DNA of 64,000 nucleotides, taken from contig JAOLDG010000001.1 in NCBI GenBank assembly GCA_028339975.1, positions 72,740-136,739 on the forward strand, in the 5' to 3' direction. Source of the DNA: Hyphomicrobiales bacterium (lineage in GTDB: Bacteria > Pseudomonadota > Alphaproteobacteria > MED-G09). The translations under genes and the position numbers were made by a program. The notes beneath the pieces were generated by a model. The model was not told the DNA's origin. It searched no databases and worked only from the letters and a program-made list of their open reading frames with translations. Position 1 is the first letter of the stretch. The number at the start of each line of letters is the position of its first letter. This document shows positions 21,690-31,736 of the stretch, piece by piece.

Positions 21690-22088
21690 TTGAATAACTT
21701 TTCTTTAGATTTTCCCCGAGACAAGGCATCGCAAAGACAAATGAAGGTTCAAGAAATTTTGAGGGCTGCCCTGGTTGAGATTTTACAGAGGGGTCTTACT
21801 AAAGAACCTATTCTTGAAAATTCAATGATTACAATAACTTATGTCGATGTTTCTCCTGATTTAAAACATGCAAAGTTTATTTTCTTACCCTTCGATGAAA
21901 CAAAAAAAGACGAATTTGTTAAAGGTTTTAATAGAGCTAACAAAAAAATAAGAAAAGAAATTTCTCAAAGAGTTCAATTAAAATATACGCCAAGCTTAAG
22001 TTTTGTCTTTGATGACACTATTAAAGAAATTCGCAAGCTAGATGATTTATTTTTATCAAATAAAGTACGTGAAGACTTAAAGAGATAA
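21690..22088 (+). CDS. rbfA: ribosome-binding factor A
   Basis: SQRQMKVQEILRAALVEIL matches the RbfA N-terminal helix. TTG start. Position after infB. Confidence 0.85.
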   Translation: MNNFSLDFPRDKASQRQMKVQEILRAALVEILQRGLTKEPILENSMITITYVDVSPDLKHAKFIFLPFDETKKDEFVKGFNRANKKIRKEISQRVQLKYTPSLSFVFDDTIKEIRKLDDLFLSNKVREDLKR

Positions 22089-22093
22089 TTTTA

Positions 22094-23020
22094 TTGGCAA
22101 AAAGAACTTACTCACAACACCCCGGTTGGATCATTTTAGATAAACCAGTGGGCATATCATCTGCAAAGGCCGTACACGTTGTTAAAAAATTTTTTAATGT
22201 CAAAAAGGCCGGACATGCTGGCACATTAGATCCATTGGCATCAGGAGTTCTTCCAATTGCCCTGGATGATGCCACCAAAACAATTCCATACTTAGTCGAT
22301 ACGAAAAAAAAATATAAATTTACTATTGCTTGGGGTGAAAAGACAGAAACAGACGATTCTGAGGGAAAAGTTTTAGAAACAAGCGATGTACGCCCAAATT
22401 ATGATGATATAGAAAATACCCTCAAATCATTTTTAGGTAATATCATTCAGACTCCTCCTAGATATTCAGCAATTAAAATAAATGGTAAAAGAGCATATTC
22501 CCTTGCAAGAGAAAATATAGAATTTGAAGTACCGGAAAGATCAGTAGAGGTTTTTAGTCTAAGGTTACTAAAGAAATTAAATAAAAATTTTGCAGACCTT
22601 GAAGTATTTTGTGGAAAAGGGACCTATGTTAGGTCTTTAGCTAGGGATATTGCTGAAAAACTAGGTACTTTTGGTCATATAAAAGCACTTGAAAGGCTTG
22701 AAGTTGGCCCTTTTGAACTTAAAAATGCTTTTCCTCTAGAAACTTTTAGCAATTTAGTGCATAGTCCGCCCGCGGGAAGCGTGGGTAAACAATTTCTTCT
22801 TCCTCTAGATAGTGTGCTGGACGACATCCCGGCTTTGGCTGTCTCAGAAAAAGAAGCGAAAATGTTTTGCCACGGTCAGGCGGTATTTAAAGAGATATCA
22901 AGTGATTTAATTCCCCAAGGTAGCAATGTTCTAATTAAGTATGGAATAAAATCTATTGGCATTGCAGTTTTTCTTGAATCAAAACTTAAACCAAAAAAAG
23001 TTTTTTCAAGTATAATTTGA
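22094..23020 (+). CDS. truB: tRNA pseudouridine(55) synthase
   Basis: HAGTLDPLASGVLPI catalytic Asp motif, PUA-like C-terminus. Confidence 0.9.
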   Translation: MAKRTYSQHPGWIILDKPVGISSAKAVHVVKKFFNVKKAGHAGTLDPLASGVLPIALDDATKTIPYLVDTKKKYKFTIAWGEKTETDDSEGKVLETSDVRPNYDDIENTLKSFLGNIIQTPPRYSAIKINGKRAYSLARENIEFEVPERSVEVFSLRLLKKLNKNFADLEVFCGKGTYVRSLARDIAEKLGTFGHIKALERLEVGPFELKNAFPLETFSNLVHSPPAGSVGKQFLLPLDSVLDDIPALAVSEKEAKMFCHGQAVFKEISSDLIPQGSNVLIKYGIKSIGIAVFLESKLKPKKVFSSII

Positions 23021-23032
23021 TAAAAGGAGTAA

Positions 23033-23305
23033 ATGATGTCGATTGAAGCAGAACGTAAAAAAGAAGTAATTTCTGAATATGCATTAAAAGACGGAGATAC
23101 TGGTTCGCCAGAAATCCAAGTAGCAATTTTGACAGAGAGAATAGTTAATCTCACTGAACACTTTAAATCACATAAAAAAGATAATCACTCAAGGCAAGGC
23201 CTTCTTAAGATGGTAAACCTGAGAAGAAAGCTCTTAGATTATGTAAAATCTAAAGATCAAAAACGTTATGAAGACCTCATTAAAAGACTTGGTCTTAGAA
23301 GGTAA
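23033..23305 (+). CDS. rpsO: 30S ribosomal protein S15
   Basis: 90 aa. [17 protein letters not shown]...[19 protein letters not shown] are S15 signature residues. Confidence 0.95.
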   Translation: MMSIEAERKKEVISEYALKDGDTGSPEIQVAILTERIVNLTEHFKSHKKDNHSRQGLLKMVNLRRKLLDYVKSKDQKRYEDLIKRLGLRR

Positions 23306-23377
23306 ATTAAAACGTTATTACAAATTTATAAACAAGAATATTTTTTAAAAAAATATACGAGATAGGTAAAACATAAA

Positions 23378-25609
23378 ATGTTTAAAATAGAAAACGAAGT
23401 ATTAGAATGGGGTGGGAAAACCCTTACAATTGAAACTGGACGTGTAGCCAGACAGGCACATGGTTCAGTAATAGCAACATATGGCGGAACCTCCGTCCTC
23501 GCAACTGTTGTGGCGGATCATCATCCAAAACCCGGCTTAGATTTTTTTCCTTTAACTGTTAATTATCAAGAAAAAGCTTATGCGGCTGGTAAAATCCCTG
23601 GTGGGTTTTTTAAACGAGAAGGGCGACCAACTGAAAAAGAAACGCTGGTATCAAGGTTAATAGATAGGCCAATAAGACCATTATTCGCAAAGGGATTTCA
23701 AAATGAAACTCAAGTAATAGCAACTGTTGTTAGTTATGATGGTCAAAATGATGCTGATATAGTCGCTCTAGTGGCTGTTTCTGCTGCATTAACCCTATCA
23801 GGCGTTCCTTTTATGGGACCTATAGCAGCTGCGAGAGTAGGCTATATTGATGGACAATATGTTCTTAACCCAACAAAAGATGAATTGGATGACGAAGAAA
23901 ATGAGTGTCAACTAGATCTTGTGGTTGCGGGTACAGATACAGCTGTTCTAATGGTAGAGTCTGAGGCGCAAGAACTATCTGAGGAAATTATGCTAGGAGC
24001 AGTCAGCTTTGGTCAGGAATCTTTTAAGCCTGTAATTGAGGCAATTATTAGTCTTGCAGAAAAAGCTGCCAAAGAACCAAGAGAGTTAGAGAATATTGAC
24101 CTTTCTGATCTTCAGAAAAAAGTAAATAAATCAGTTAAAGATAAATTAGTACAAGCTTATAAAGAAAGTGATAAGCAGCTTAGGTCAAATAAAATTTCTG
24201 AAATAAAAAATGAACTTTTATCAGATTATTCAGATAATGAGGATTCAGAAGTTTCAGAATCTGATGTTAAGAGTGTATTTAAAAATGTTGAAAAAGATAT
24301 TGTTAGAGGAAGTATATTAGATACTGGAATGAGAATTGATGGAAGGGATCTAAAGACTGTCCGTCCAGTTCAATCAGATGTAAGTATTCTTCCCTTAACT
24401 CACGGCTCTGCATTATTTACCCGTGGCGAGACTCAAGCTCTTGTTGTAACAACCTTAGGGACTGGCCTTGATGAGAAATTTGTTGATGGGTTAGATGAAA
24501 CATATAAAGAAAAATTTATGCTTCATTATAACTTTCCGCCATACTCTGTTGGTGAAACTGGTAGAACTGGATTCACTTCAAGAAGAGAAGTTGGTCATGG
24601 GAAGTTAGCATGGCGTTCACTTCAGGCTGTACTACCTGAGTATGATGATTTCCCTTATACTATAAGACTTGTATCAGAAATTACTGAATCAAATGGATCA
24701 TCTTCTATGGCCACAGTTTGCGGTTCTTCACTTGCCTTAATGGATGCGGGGGTTCCTCTTAAAAGACCTGTAGCTGGTATTGCTATGGGCTTAATTAAAG
24801 AAGGTGATCGTGTTGCAGTACTTTCAGATATATTAGGCGATGAAGATCATTTGGGCGACATGGATTTTAAAGTAGCCGGAACTTCAGAAGGTATTACATC
24901 GCTCCAGATGGATATCAAAATAACAGGCATAACAAAAGAAATTATGGATACTGCTCTTACACAAGCCAAGGACGGAAGAATTCATATCTTAGCTGAAATG
25001 GCTAAAGCTATTGAAACAGGGCGAGATACTGTTAACTCAACCGCTCCTAGGATTGAAACAGTACAAGTTCCTGTAGATAAAATAAGGGATATTATAGGAT
25101 CAGGCGGAAAAGTTATTAGAGAAATAGTTGAGGAAAGTGGCGCAAAAGTTGATATTAATGACGACGGAATAGTAAAAGTAGCCTCAAATGATACCGACTC
25201 TCTGAATAAAGCTTTGGAGCTTATTAATTCAATTGTCGCTGAACCTGAGGCGGGTGAAATTTATGAAGGCAAGGTAGTTAAAATAATGGACTTCGGCGCT
25301 TTTGTTAATTTCTTTGGAAAAAAAGATGGCTTAGTCCATATTTCTCAACTTGCTAATGAAAGAGTTAATAATGTAACTGATGTTGTTAGCGAGGGCGATA
25401 TAGTTAAAGTAAAACTAGTTGGATTTGATAATCGAGGTAAGGTTAAGCTTTCAATGAAAGATGTTGACCAAAAAACTGGTGAAGAAATAGTTTCAGAAAA
25501 ATCTAGCGACAATAAAGGTGATGAATCTAAACCTAAAGAAGAATCTAAGCCTAAGAAAGAAAGAAAACCTAGAAAGAAAAAGAAAGACGAAGAAACACCT
25601 GAAGAATAA
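23378..25609 (+). CDS. pnp: polyribonucleotide nucleotidyltransferase (PNPase)
   Basis: Two RNase PH domains, KH and S1 domains, plus a roughly 35-aa Lys/Glu-rich C-terminal extension. Confidence 0.95.
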   Translation: MFKIENEVLEWGGKTLTIETGRVARQAHGSVIATYGGTSVLATVVADHHPKPGLDFFPLTVNYQEKAYAAGKIPGGFFKREGRPTEKETLVSRLIDRPIRPLFAKGFQNETQVIATVVSYDGQNDADIVALVAVSAALTLSGVPFMGPIAAARVGYIDGQYVLNPTKDELDDEENECQLDLVVAGTDTAVLMVESEAQELSEEIMLGAVSFGQESFKPVIEAIISLAEKAAKEPRELENIDLSDLQKKVNKSVKDKLVQAYKESDKQLRSNKISEIKNELLSDYSDNEDSEVSESDVKSVFKNVEKDIVRGSILDTGMRIDGRDLKTVRPVQSDVSILPLTHGSALFTRGETQALVVTTLGTGLDEKFVDGLDETYKEKFMLHYNFPPYSVGETGRTGFTSRREVGHGKLAWRSLQAVLPEYDDFPYTIRLVSEITESNGSSSMATVCGSSLALMDAGVPLKRPVAGIAMGLIKEGDRVAVLSDILGDEDHLGDMDFKVAGTSEGITSLQMDIKITGITKEIMDTALTQAKDGRIHILAEMAKAIETGRDTVNSTAPRIETVQVPVDKIRDIIGSGGKVIREIVEESGAKVDINDDGIVKVASNDTDSLNKALELINSIVAEPEAGEIYEGKVVKIMDFGAFVNFFGKKDGLVHISQLANERVNNVTDVVSEGDIVKVKLVGFDNRGKVKLSMKDVDQKTGEEIVSEKSSDNKGDESKPKEESKPKKERKPRKKKKDEETPEE

Positions 25610-25631
25610 TCTTAGTTTCTAGTTTTATGCA

Positions 25632-26450
25632 TTAGTCAGGCTTGGGCATTCCAATTATATTATAGCCCAAGTCTACATAATGTATTTCACCCGTCACCCC
25701 TTTTGAAAGATCTGAAAGAAGATATAACCCTGCAGATCCGACATTTTCTAATGACAGCTTTCCTTTTAAGGGAGAGTATTTTTCTGCGTAGTTAAAAATT
25801 TCTCTAGCTCCGCCAACTCCTGCACCTGAGAGTGTACGCATTGGCCCTGCTGAAATCGCATTAACCCGTATTCCGCTTTTGCCATAATCTACCGCAAGAT
25901 ATCTCACCGATGCTTCAAGGGCAGCCTTAGCAACGCCCATTACATTATAGTTTGGCATAACTTTCGATGATCCACCAAAGCTAAGTGTTATTATTGATGC
26001 TCCTTCACTCATATATGGTTCAGCAATTTTACTAACCTCTGTTAATGAAAAACATGAAATTTCTAGTGTTTTTAAAAAATTTTCTTTAGAGGTATCGATA
26101 TATCGTCCGCTTAATTCACTTCTATCTGAGTAGGCAATACCGTGAACTATAAAATCAATTTCTCCCCAATCCTTTGAAAGAATCGAGAATATATTTTCAA
26201 TTTGTTTTTTATTTGTAACATCACAATCAAATAAAAGTTTTGATCCTAAGGATTTTGCCAAAGGTTCAACCCTTTTCTTGAAAGCCTCACCCTGATATGT
26301 AAATGCTAGATCAGCTCCATGATCGTGGAGCATCGATGCTATACCCCAGGCCAGTGAATGATCATTGGCGACGCCCATAATCAATCCCTTTTTATTTTTC
26401 ATTAAAGGGCCCGAAAGCGTAAGCAAATTATCAGTATTATTATTCACCAT
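25632..26450 (-). CDS. fabI: enoyl-[acyl-carrier-protein] reductase (NADH)
   Basis: GKKGLIMGVANDHSLAWGIA (FabI Rossmann), Y-x6-K catalytic pattern. Confidence 0.9.
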   Translation of the reverse strand: MVNNNTDNLLTLSGPLMKNKKGLIMGVANDHSLAWGIASMLHDHGADLAFTYQGEAFKKRVEPLAKSLGSKLLFDCDVTNKKQIENIFSILSKDWGEIDFIVHGIAYSDRSELSGRYIDTSKENFLKTLEISCFSLTEVSKIAEPYMSEGASIITLSFGGSSKVMPNYNVMGVAKAALEASVRYLAVDYGKSGIRVNAISAGPMRTLSGAGVGGAREIFNYAEKYSPLKGKLSLENVGSAGLYLLSDLSKGVTGEIHYVDLGYNIIGMPKPD

Positions 26451-26455
26451 ATTAC

Positions 26456-27685
26456 CTATAGATCTGGATGCTTAAAAGTTAGTGATGCATTAGTTCCGCC
26501 AAATCCAAAACTATTAGAAAGGACGCATCCTAAGTCAATATTATCTAATTTATTTCTTACTATTGGTATATTCTCAAAAAGAGGATCAATATTCTTTATA
26601 TTGGCTGATTCGCAAATAAATCTATTTTCCATCATTAGTAAGCTGTATATGGCCTCCTGAACTCCTGCTGCTCCAAGGCTATGCCCAGTAAGAGATTTTG
26701 TGGCGCTAAGGAGCGGTATTTTGGAACCAAAAGTTTCTTGTATTGCCTCTATTTCCTTAGAATCACCGACAGGAGTTGATGTTGCATGAGGGTTTATATA
26801 ATCAATATTATAAGGTATATCTTTCATTGCCATTTTCATGCATCGTGACGCTCCTTCACCAGACGGCTGAACCATGTCGTGTCCATCAGATGTTGCTCCA
26901 TATCCGACTAATTCTGCATAAATTTTTGCCCCTCGCGCCTTAGCTCTTTCCATTTCTTCCAGAACTAAAACACCTGCACCACCTGAAATCACAAATCCAT
27001 CTCTATCCCTATCATAAGCTCTACTAGAGGACTGAGGGTTTTCATTATACTTTGAAGACATCGCTCCCATCGCATCAAATAAAACAGATAATGCCCAGTT
27101 AAGCTCTTCACCACCACCTGCAAACATTACATCTTGTTTTCCATACTGGATTGTTTCAAATGCATTTCCTATGCAATGTGAAGAAGTTGCGCAAGCTGAT
27201 GATATTGAATAATTAATTCCCTTTATTCCAAATGGTGTAGCAAGCGTTGCTGAATTTGTTGAAGACATAGCCTTTGGAACTGCAAAAGGACCAACTCTCT
27301 TGGGGCCTTTGTTTCGAGTTATATCTGCTGCTTCAATTAAGGCCTTTGTTGATGGACCACCTGACCCCATAATTAATCCGGTTTTCTCATTGATTACATC
27401 GCTCGACTCAAGTCCAGAATCATCTATTGCTTGCTGCATGGCAATATAGTTCCACGCTGCTCCATGTCCCATAAACCTTCTTACTTTTTTTTCAAGATAT
27501 TCTTCGGGGTCTAGTGTTGGTTTTCCAAAAACTTGGCTTCTGAAACCAAGCTCCTTATATTCATCTGAAAAAGAAATACCAGATTTGCCATTCTTAAGGC
27601 TCTCTAAAACCTCTTCTTTATTATTGCCAATGCACGAAACTATTCCCATGCCGGTTACTACAACTTGCCTCATATTTCTACTCAC
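26456..27685 (-). CDS. fabB: 3-oxoacyl-ACP synthase I
   Basis: [13 protein letters not shown], active-site C (SSACATS), H..H. Sits in a fabA-fabB pair. Confidence 0.9.
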   Translation of the reverse strand: MSRNMRQVVVTGMGIVSCIGNNKEEVLESLKNGKSGISFSDEYKELGFRSQVFGKPTLDPEEYLEKKVRRFMGHGAAWNYIAMQQAIDDSGLESSDVINEKTGLIMGSGGPSTKALIEAADITRNKGPKRVGPFAVPKAMSSTNSATLATPFGIKGINYSISSACATSSHCIGNAFETIQYGKQDVMFAGGGEELNWALSVLFDAMGAMSSKYNENPQSSSRAYDRDRDGFVISGGAGVLVLEEMERAKARGAKIYAELVGYGATSDGHDMVQPSGEGASRCMKMAMKDIPYNIDYINPHATSTPVGDSKEIEAIQETFGSKIPLLSATKSLTGHSLGAAGVQEAIYSLLMMENRFICESANIKNIDPLFENIPIVRNKLDNIDLGCVLSNSFGFGGTNASLTFKHPDL

Positions 27686-27689
27686 ATAG

Positions 27690-28190
27690 TTACTTAAATA
27701 AACCTACTCTTAAATCTTCAGCTTTATAAATTTCATTCCCATCTGCTATTAACATTCCATTTCCAATACCTAAAATAAGCTTACTTGTTAAAACTCTTTT
27801 TAGTGTAATTTTATATTCTAATTTTTTTACTGTAGGTAAAACCATGCCCGAGAATTTAACGTTTCCAACTGATAGGGCTCTTCCTTTTCCCTCAAGCCCA
27901 AGCCAACCAAGGTAGAATCCTAATAACTGCCACATAGCATCCAATCCTAAACAACCTGGCATAACTGGATCATTTACAAAATGACAGTCAAAAAACCAAA
28001 GTTTTGGATTTATATCTAATTCAGCCCTTACAATACCTTTATCAAAGTCACCTCCACTTTCGTCAATGTTAGTTATTCTATCAAACATTAACATTGGGGG
28101 CATTGGGAGTTGTGGGTTACCGGCACCAAACATATTTCCCTTTGCGCACTCAATAAGATCTTCGAAAGTATAGTTATTTTTTTGATTCAT
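27690..28190 (-). CDS. fabA: 3-hydroxydecanoyl-ACP dehydratase/isomerase
   Basis: Hot-dog fold [24 protein letters not shown] (FabA active-site His/Asp region). Confidence 0.9.
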   Translation of the reverse strand: MNQKNNYTFEDLIECAKGNMFGAGNPQLPMPPMLMFDRITNIDESGGDFDKGIVRAELDINPKLWFFDCHFVNDPVMPGCLGLDAMWQLLGFYLGWLGLEGKGRALSVGNVKFSGMVLPTVKKLEYKITLKRVLTSKLILGIGNGMLIADGNEIYKAEDLRVGLFK

Positions 28191-28193
28191 TTT

Positions 28194-28243
28194 TTATCCC
28201 TTAAAAACTTCTAACATAGATGATTATTTCTGGTAAGGGATAA
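28194..28243. promoter_or_regulatory. perfect 9-bp inverted repeat TTATCCCTT-N32-AAGGGATAA in the fabA/irr divergent region
   Basis: Read directly from the sequence. The left arm lies 3 nt upstream of the fabA start codon and includes its SD (aaggga). Confidence 0.4.
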
Positions 28244-28299
28244 CTATTTTTTTCTTCTTTTGATTGATTATAAACTATATAATCTATATTACTAAAAAA

Positions 28300-28692
28300 A
28301 TGAGTGATTTTAAAGATATACTAAGAAGTCATAATCTTAGACCAACACAACAAAGGGTGAATCTAGGAAAATTACTTTTTGGAAAATTAGATCGTCATAT
28401 AACTGCGGAAATTTTAAAACAAGAATCTGATTATGAAAACCTTAAAGTCTCCAAAGCTACAGTTTATAATGTTTTAAATGATTTTTACGGTGCTGGCCTT
28501 CTTGCAAAAGTCAATATTGATGATGATAAAACTTGGTATGATACAAATGTTCAACATCATTATCATATTTTTTTAGAAAACAAATCAGAGTTAGTGGATA
28601 TTGACCCTAAAAAAATTGATATTAAAATTCCAAAGGAATTAACCAAAGGAACTATTAAAAAAGTTGATCTTGTCGTAAAAATTTCTGAATAA
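28300..28692 (+). CDS. irr: iron response regulator Irr (Fur family)
   Basis: RPTQQRVNLGKLLFGKLDRHITAEIL...KATVYNVLNDFYGAGLL...DTNVQHHYHIFLEN...VDID is close to rhizobial Irr, including the His-cluster position. Divergent from fabA as in Rhizobiales. I chose the ATG at 28300 rather than the track's upstream TTG. Confidence 0.75.
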   Translation: MSDFKDILRSHNLRPTQQRVNLGKLLFGKLDRHITAEILKQESDYENLKVSKATVYNVLNDFYGAGLLAKVNIDDDKTWYDTNVQHHYHIFLENKSELVDIDPKKIDIKIPKELTKGTIKKVDLVVKISE

Positions 28693-28723
28693 ATAGATTT
28701 ATTAATCTTTTCCGGCTTGCCCT

Positions 28724-29263
28724 TTATTCCACTCCCCATAAATTATTTTTTTCAATATACCCGTTAAGGCTGTATGAATTTCTAAAGAAATATTTTTCTT
28801 TTTTTATGTCTAATCCAACCTCACAAAGATCATTTGAGCAGCTTATTAATTTTACTATTACTCCTTTATGGACATAAGCAATTGGATTTTTATTTTTATC
28901 CTTTATTGAAAGAGGCTTATGATTTTTTAATACCTTTTCAGCTTCACTAATATTATCACTGATTAATGCAGTTCTTATTTTTGAAAATTGACTTGAGTTA
29001 ATCCAACCTTTCTGATTCTTAGGAAGGATCACTTCTTTCCAGTCTCCTTTTGTCCTCATTAATTTAACTGGCAGACCCTTTTTTTTATAAACCCACATTA
29101 CTTTATTATCTTTAGAGGGCCCAGTTCTTAAGTAAGTTTTACTGTACTTTAGTGACCCCCATATACTTTCACTATCTTCTGCTAATACAGGTAAATTAAA
29201 TATTAAAGATAACGAGAATATTATTGAAATAATTATAGATTTACACATTATTATTTTTTCCAT
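28724..29263 (-). CDS. secreted protein with tandem bacterial SH3-like (SH3b) domains
   Basis: N-terminal signal peptide (IIISIIFSLSLIFNLPVLA/ED). SH3b pattern LRTGPSKDNKVMWVYKKKGLPVKLMRTKGDWKEVILPKNQKGWINSSQF and a second SH3-like half. Confidence 0.55.
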   Translation of the reverse strand: MEKIIMCKSIIISIIFSLSLIFNLPVLAEDSESIWGSLKYSKTYLRTGPSKDNKVMWVYKKKGLPVKLMRTKGDWKEVILPKNQKGWINSSQFSKIRTALISDNISEAEKVLKNHKPLSIKDKNKNPIAYVHKGVIVKLISCSNDLCEVGLDIKKEKYFFRNSYSLNGYIEKNNLWGVE

Positions 29264-30011
29264 TTAGAATATTATTTGGATCCCAATTAACTTTCATTAA
29301 CTTCATTTTGTAACTCAATCCATCAAAAATAAGTAATTTTCCTATCAGATTTTCTTTTTCTCCTATGATCTGTTTTATTACTTCTGTGGCTTGAATTGAT
29401 CCTATTATTCCCGCAACAGATCCTAGTACTCCATGATAATCACAGTTCTCTTCACTATTGCTGATAATTTTAAGACATCGATAGGAAGGATTTGGTATTC
29501 CATTTTTGTCTCTTTCAAATGATTTATATGTCGATACTTGACCAAAAAATCCTGATATTGAAGCGGAAATAAGTATTTTCTGACTTTTAAAACATGCGTC
29601 ATTTATTATAAGTCTACTAGAATGGTTATCTGTACAATCAACAATGAAATCATAATCTTTTATTAATTTTTCAGCATTCAATATGGTTATTCTATTTCTA
29701 TATGAGGCCACATTTATATCTGGATTGATTCCTCTTATGAATTTTTTCGCCCTTGTTGCCTTATATGAGCCAATATCTTTCATTGAAAATATTGTTTGTC
29801 TATGAAGATTGGAGATATCAACTCTATCATTATCAATTAAGCCAATTTTTCCTACCCCAGAACTAGATATATATTGTAAAACAGGTGAACCTAATCCTCC
29901 CAACCCAATAATTAAAACCTTTGCTTTACCAAGGAGCTCTTGTCCTTGCCCGCCAATTTGTTTGAGGACTAAATGTCTAGAATATCTTTCAAAGGAATCA
30001 TCTTTTGTCAT
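29241..30011 (-). CDS. MoeB/ThiF/HesA-family E1-like adenylyltransferase
   Basis: YSRHLVLKQIGGQGQELLGKAKVLIIGLGGLGSPVLQYISSSGVGKIGLIDNDRVDISNLHRQ, DCTDN, YRCL are near-identical in pattern to E. coli MoeB. The C-terminal CxxC pair is absent. Confidence 0.75.
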   Translation of the reverse strand: MTKDDSFERYSRHLVLKQIGGQGQELLGKAKVLIIGLGGLGSPVLQYISSSGVGKIGLIDNDRVDISNLHRQTIFSMKDIGSYKATRAKKFIRGINPDINVASYRNRITILNAEKLIKDYDFIVDCTDNHSSRLIINDACFKSQKILISASISGFFGQVSTYKSFERDKNGIPNPSYRCLKIISNSEENCDYHGVLGSVAGIIGSIQATEVIKQIIGEKENLIGKLLIFDGLSYKMKLMKVNWDPNNILNGKNNNV

Positions 30012-30468
30012 CTTCTGCTCTTATTCCAGTAGAACCAAAACCACCAGAGCCTCTTTCAGTTTTATCTAGATTTTCTGTTTTTACTAAATTAAATTGAAAA
30101 ACTGGTGCGATTACCATTTGCGCTATCCTCATACCCCTTTCAACCTCAAAATTTATTTTACTATGATTAATGAGCATTGCAGAGATTTCACCCCTATAGT
30201 CACTATCAATTGTACCGGGCGAATTTAAGATTGTAATACCATTCTTGGCGGCAAGTCCTGATCTTGGCCTTATTTGAGCCTCAAAACCAAAGGGAAGGGC
30301 AATAGCAATACCAGTTGGTATCATTTCTGCTTTTCCAGGAGGGATGATTATATTTTTTGTTTCATCTATTGCGGCCAATAAATCTAGTCCTGCAGCACCT
30401 GATGACTCATATTTAGGCAAGGGAAGCCCCTGACCATTTTCAAGAACTTTTAGTAATAAATCCTTCAT
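29998..30468 (-). CDS. dut: dUTP diphosphatase
   Basis: AAGLDL, RSGLAAKNGI, GTIDSDYRGE motifs. Confidence 0.9.
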   Translation of the reverse strand: MKDLLLKVLENGQGLPLPKYESSGAAGLDLLAAIDETKNIIIPPGKAEMIPTGIAIALPFGFEAQIRPRSGLAAKNGITILNSPGTIDSDYRGEISAMLINHSKINFEVERGMRIAQMVIAPVFQFNLVKTENLDKTERGSGGFGSTGIRAEDDKR

Positions 30469-31664
30469 GCCGCGTTATCAAAAAATTCTATAATTTTAAT
30501 ACAAAGGTTTTCTGCGACATTTTTTTTACTAATTAAGCCCCAGCTTTCATCAGAGACATCATTTAAGAATGAAACCTCATTCATATCACTATTAAAAACA
30601 CTTTTATTTTTTTGTATATGGTTATTTGCAATCATCCAATCACAAGATTTATCAAGCATCTTCTTTCTTGCTGACTCCATTAAATTTTCAGTTTCAAGAG
30701 TAAATCCAACTATTAGCTTTGGCCTATTAATGTTTGTTTCACTTATTGTTCTTAATATATCTGGGTTTTGTGAGAATGATAAATTCAAATCACCATCATT
30801 AAACGACTTTTTTATTTTATTTTGAAAATTTTTTGTAGGTTTCCAATCTGAAACTGCTGCAGCAAAAATAGCAATATCAGCTGGTATAGAATTTTTACAA
30901 GCATTAAGCATTTCTTCTGCTGTATTAACTTCCGTTACTCTGACATTATCTGGGTAAGGAATATTTACAGGACCTGTTATTAAGTGTGTATCTGCTCCCA
31001 ACTTACTCAACCTTTCCGCAATGGCATGCCCTTGTTTGCCAGAGGATTTGTTGGAGATAAACCTTACTGGATCAATAGGCTCTATAGTTGGTCCTGAAGT
31101 AACAAGTGCTTTTTTCCCTTTTAAAGGTCCTGGCTTTAAAAGGAATTCAATTTCTTTATAGATATCTTCAACTTTTGACATTTTACCGGATCCAACTTCT
31201 CCACAGGCCATTTCGCCTTCATCCGGTCCAACAAAAATATGACCATATTTTTTTAATTTTTCAATATTATTTTTTGTTGAAGGATTGTTCCACATTTTTA
31301 CATTCATGGATGGTGCGATTAAGAGAGGCTTATTGTTCGCTAATAAAATAGAGGTAGCAAGGCTGTCTGAAATACCATAAGACATTTTAGCTAATATATT
31401 TGCAGTAGCCGGCGCGAGAACAACTAAATCAGCATTTCTAGATAGTTTTATATGACCTATATTTGTTTCACTTTCTAAATCAAAGAGATCTGTATAAACT
31501 TTGTTTTGTGACAAAGCGCCAAATGATAAGGGCTGTACAAATTGAGTTGCACTTTTGGTTAATACACAAGTTACATCATCACCCCTTCTTTTAATTTCTC
31601 TAATAAGGTCCAATGATCTGTAGGCCGCTATTCCGCCACTAACAATAAGTAGAATTTTTTTCAT
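30465..31664 (-). CDS. coaBC: bifunctional phosphopantothenoylcysteine decarboxylase / phosphopantothenate-cysteine ligase
   Basis: N-terminal flavoprotein (ILLIVSGGIAAYRS), C-terminal DFP/CoaB domain. Confidence 0.9.
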   Translation of the reverse strand: MKKILLIVSGGIAAYRSLDLIREIKRRGDDVTCVLTKSATQFVQPLSFGALSQNKVYTDLFDLESETNIGHIKLSRNADLVVLAPATANILAKMSYGISDSLATSILLANNKPLLIAPSMNVKMWNNPSTKNNIEKLKKYGHIFVGPDEGEMACGEVGSGKMSKVEDIYKEIEFLLKPGPLKGKKALVTSGPTIEPIDPVRFISNKSSGKQGHAIAERLSKLGADTHLITGPVNIPYPDNVRVTEVNTAEEMLNACKNSIPADIAIFAAAVSDWKPTKNFQNKIKKSFNDGDLNLSFSQNPDILRTISETNINRPKLIVGFTLETENLMESARKKMLDKSCDWMIANNHIQKNKSVFNSDMNEVSFLNDVSDESWGLISKKNVAENLCIKIIEFFDNAA

Positions 31665-31736
31665 AATGATGCTTTAGCTTAAAATATTAAAAAAGGCTAT
31701 AAATTTATATAAGTTAAATCTTTTAAAAAATATAAT

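Noticed and set aside
23337-23356. Perfect 20-bp palindrome ATA-T7-A7-TAT in the rpsO-pnp spacer
   Set aside because: Composed solely of A/T, so it cannot form a stable hairpin. T-tract/A-tract junctions are common in this AT-rich DNA. Not treated as a pnp autoregulatory hairpin.
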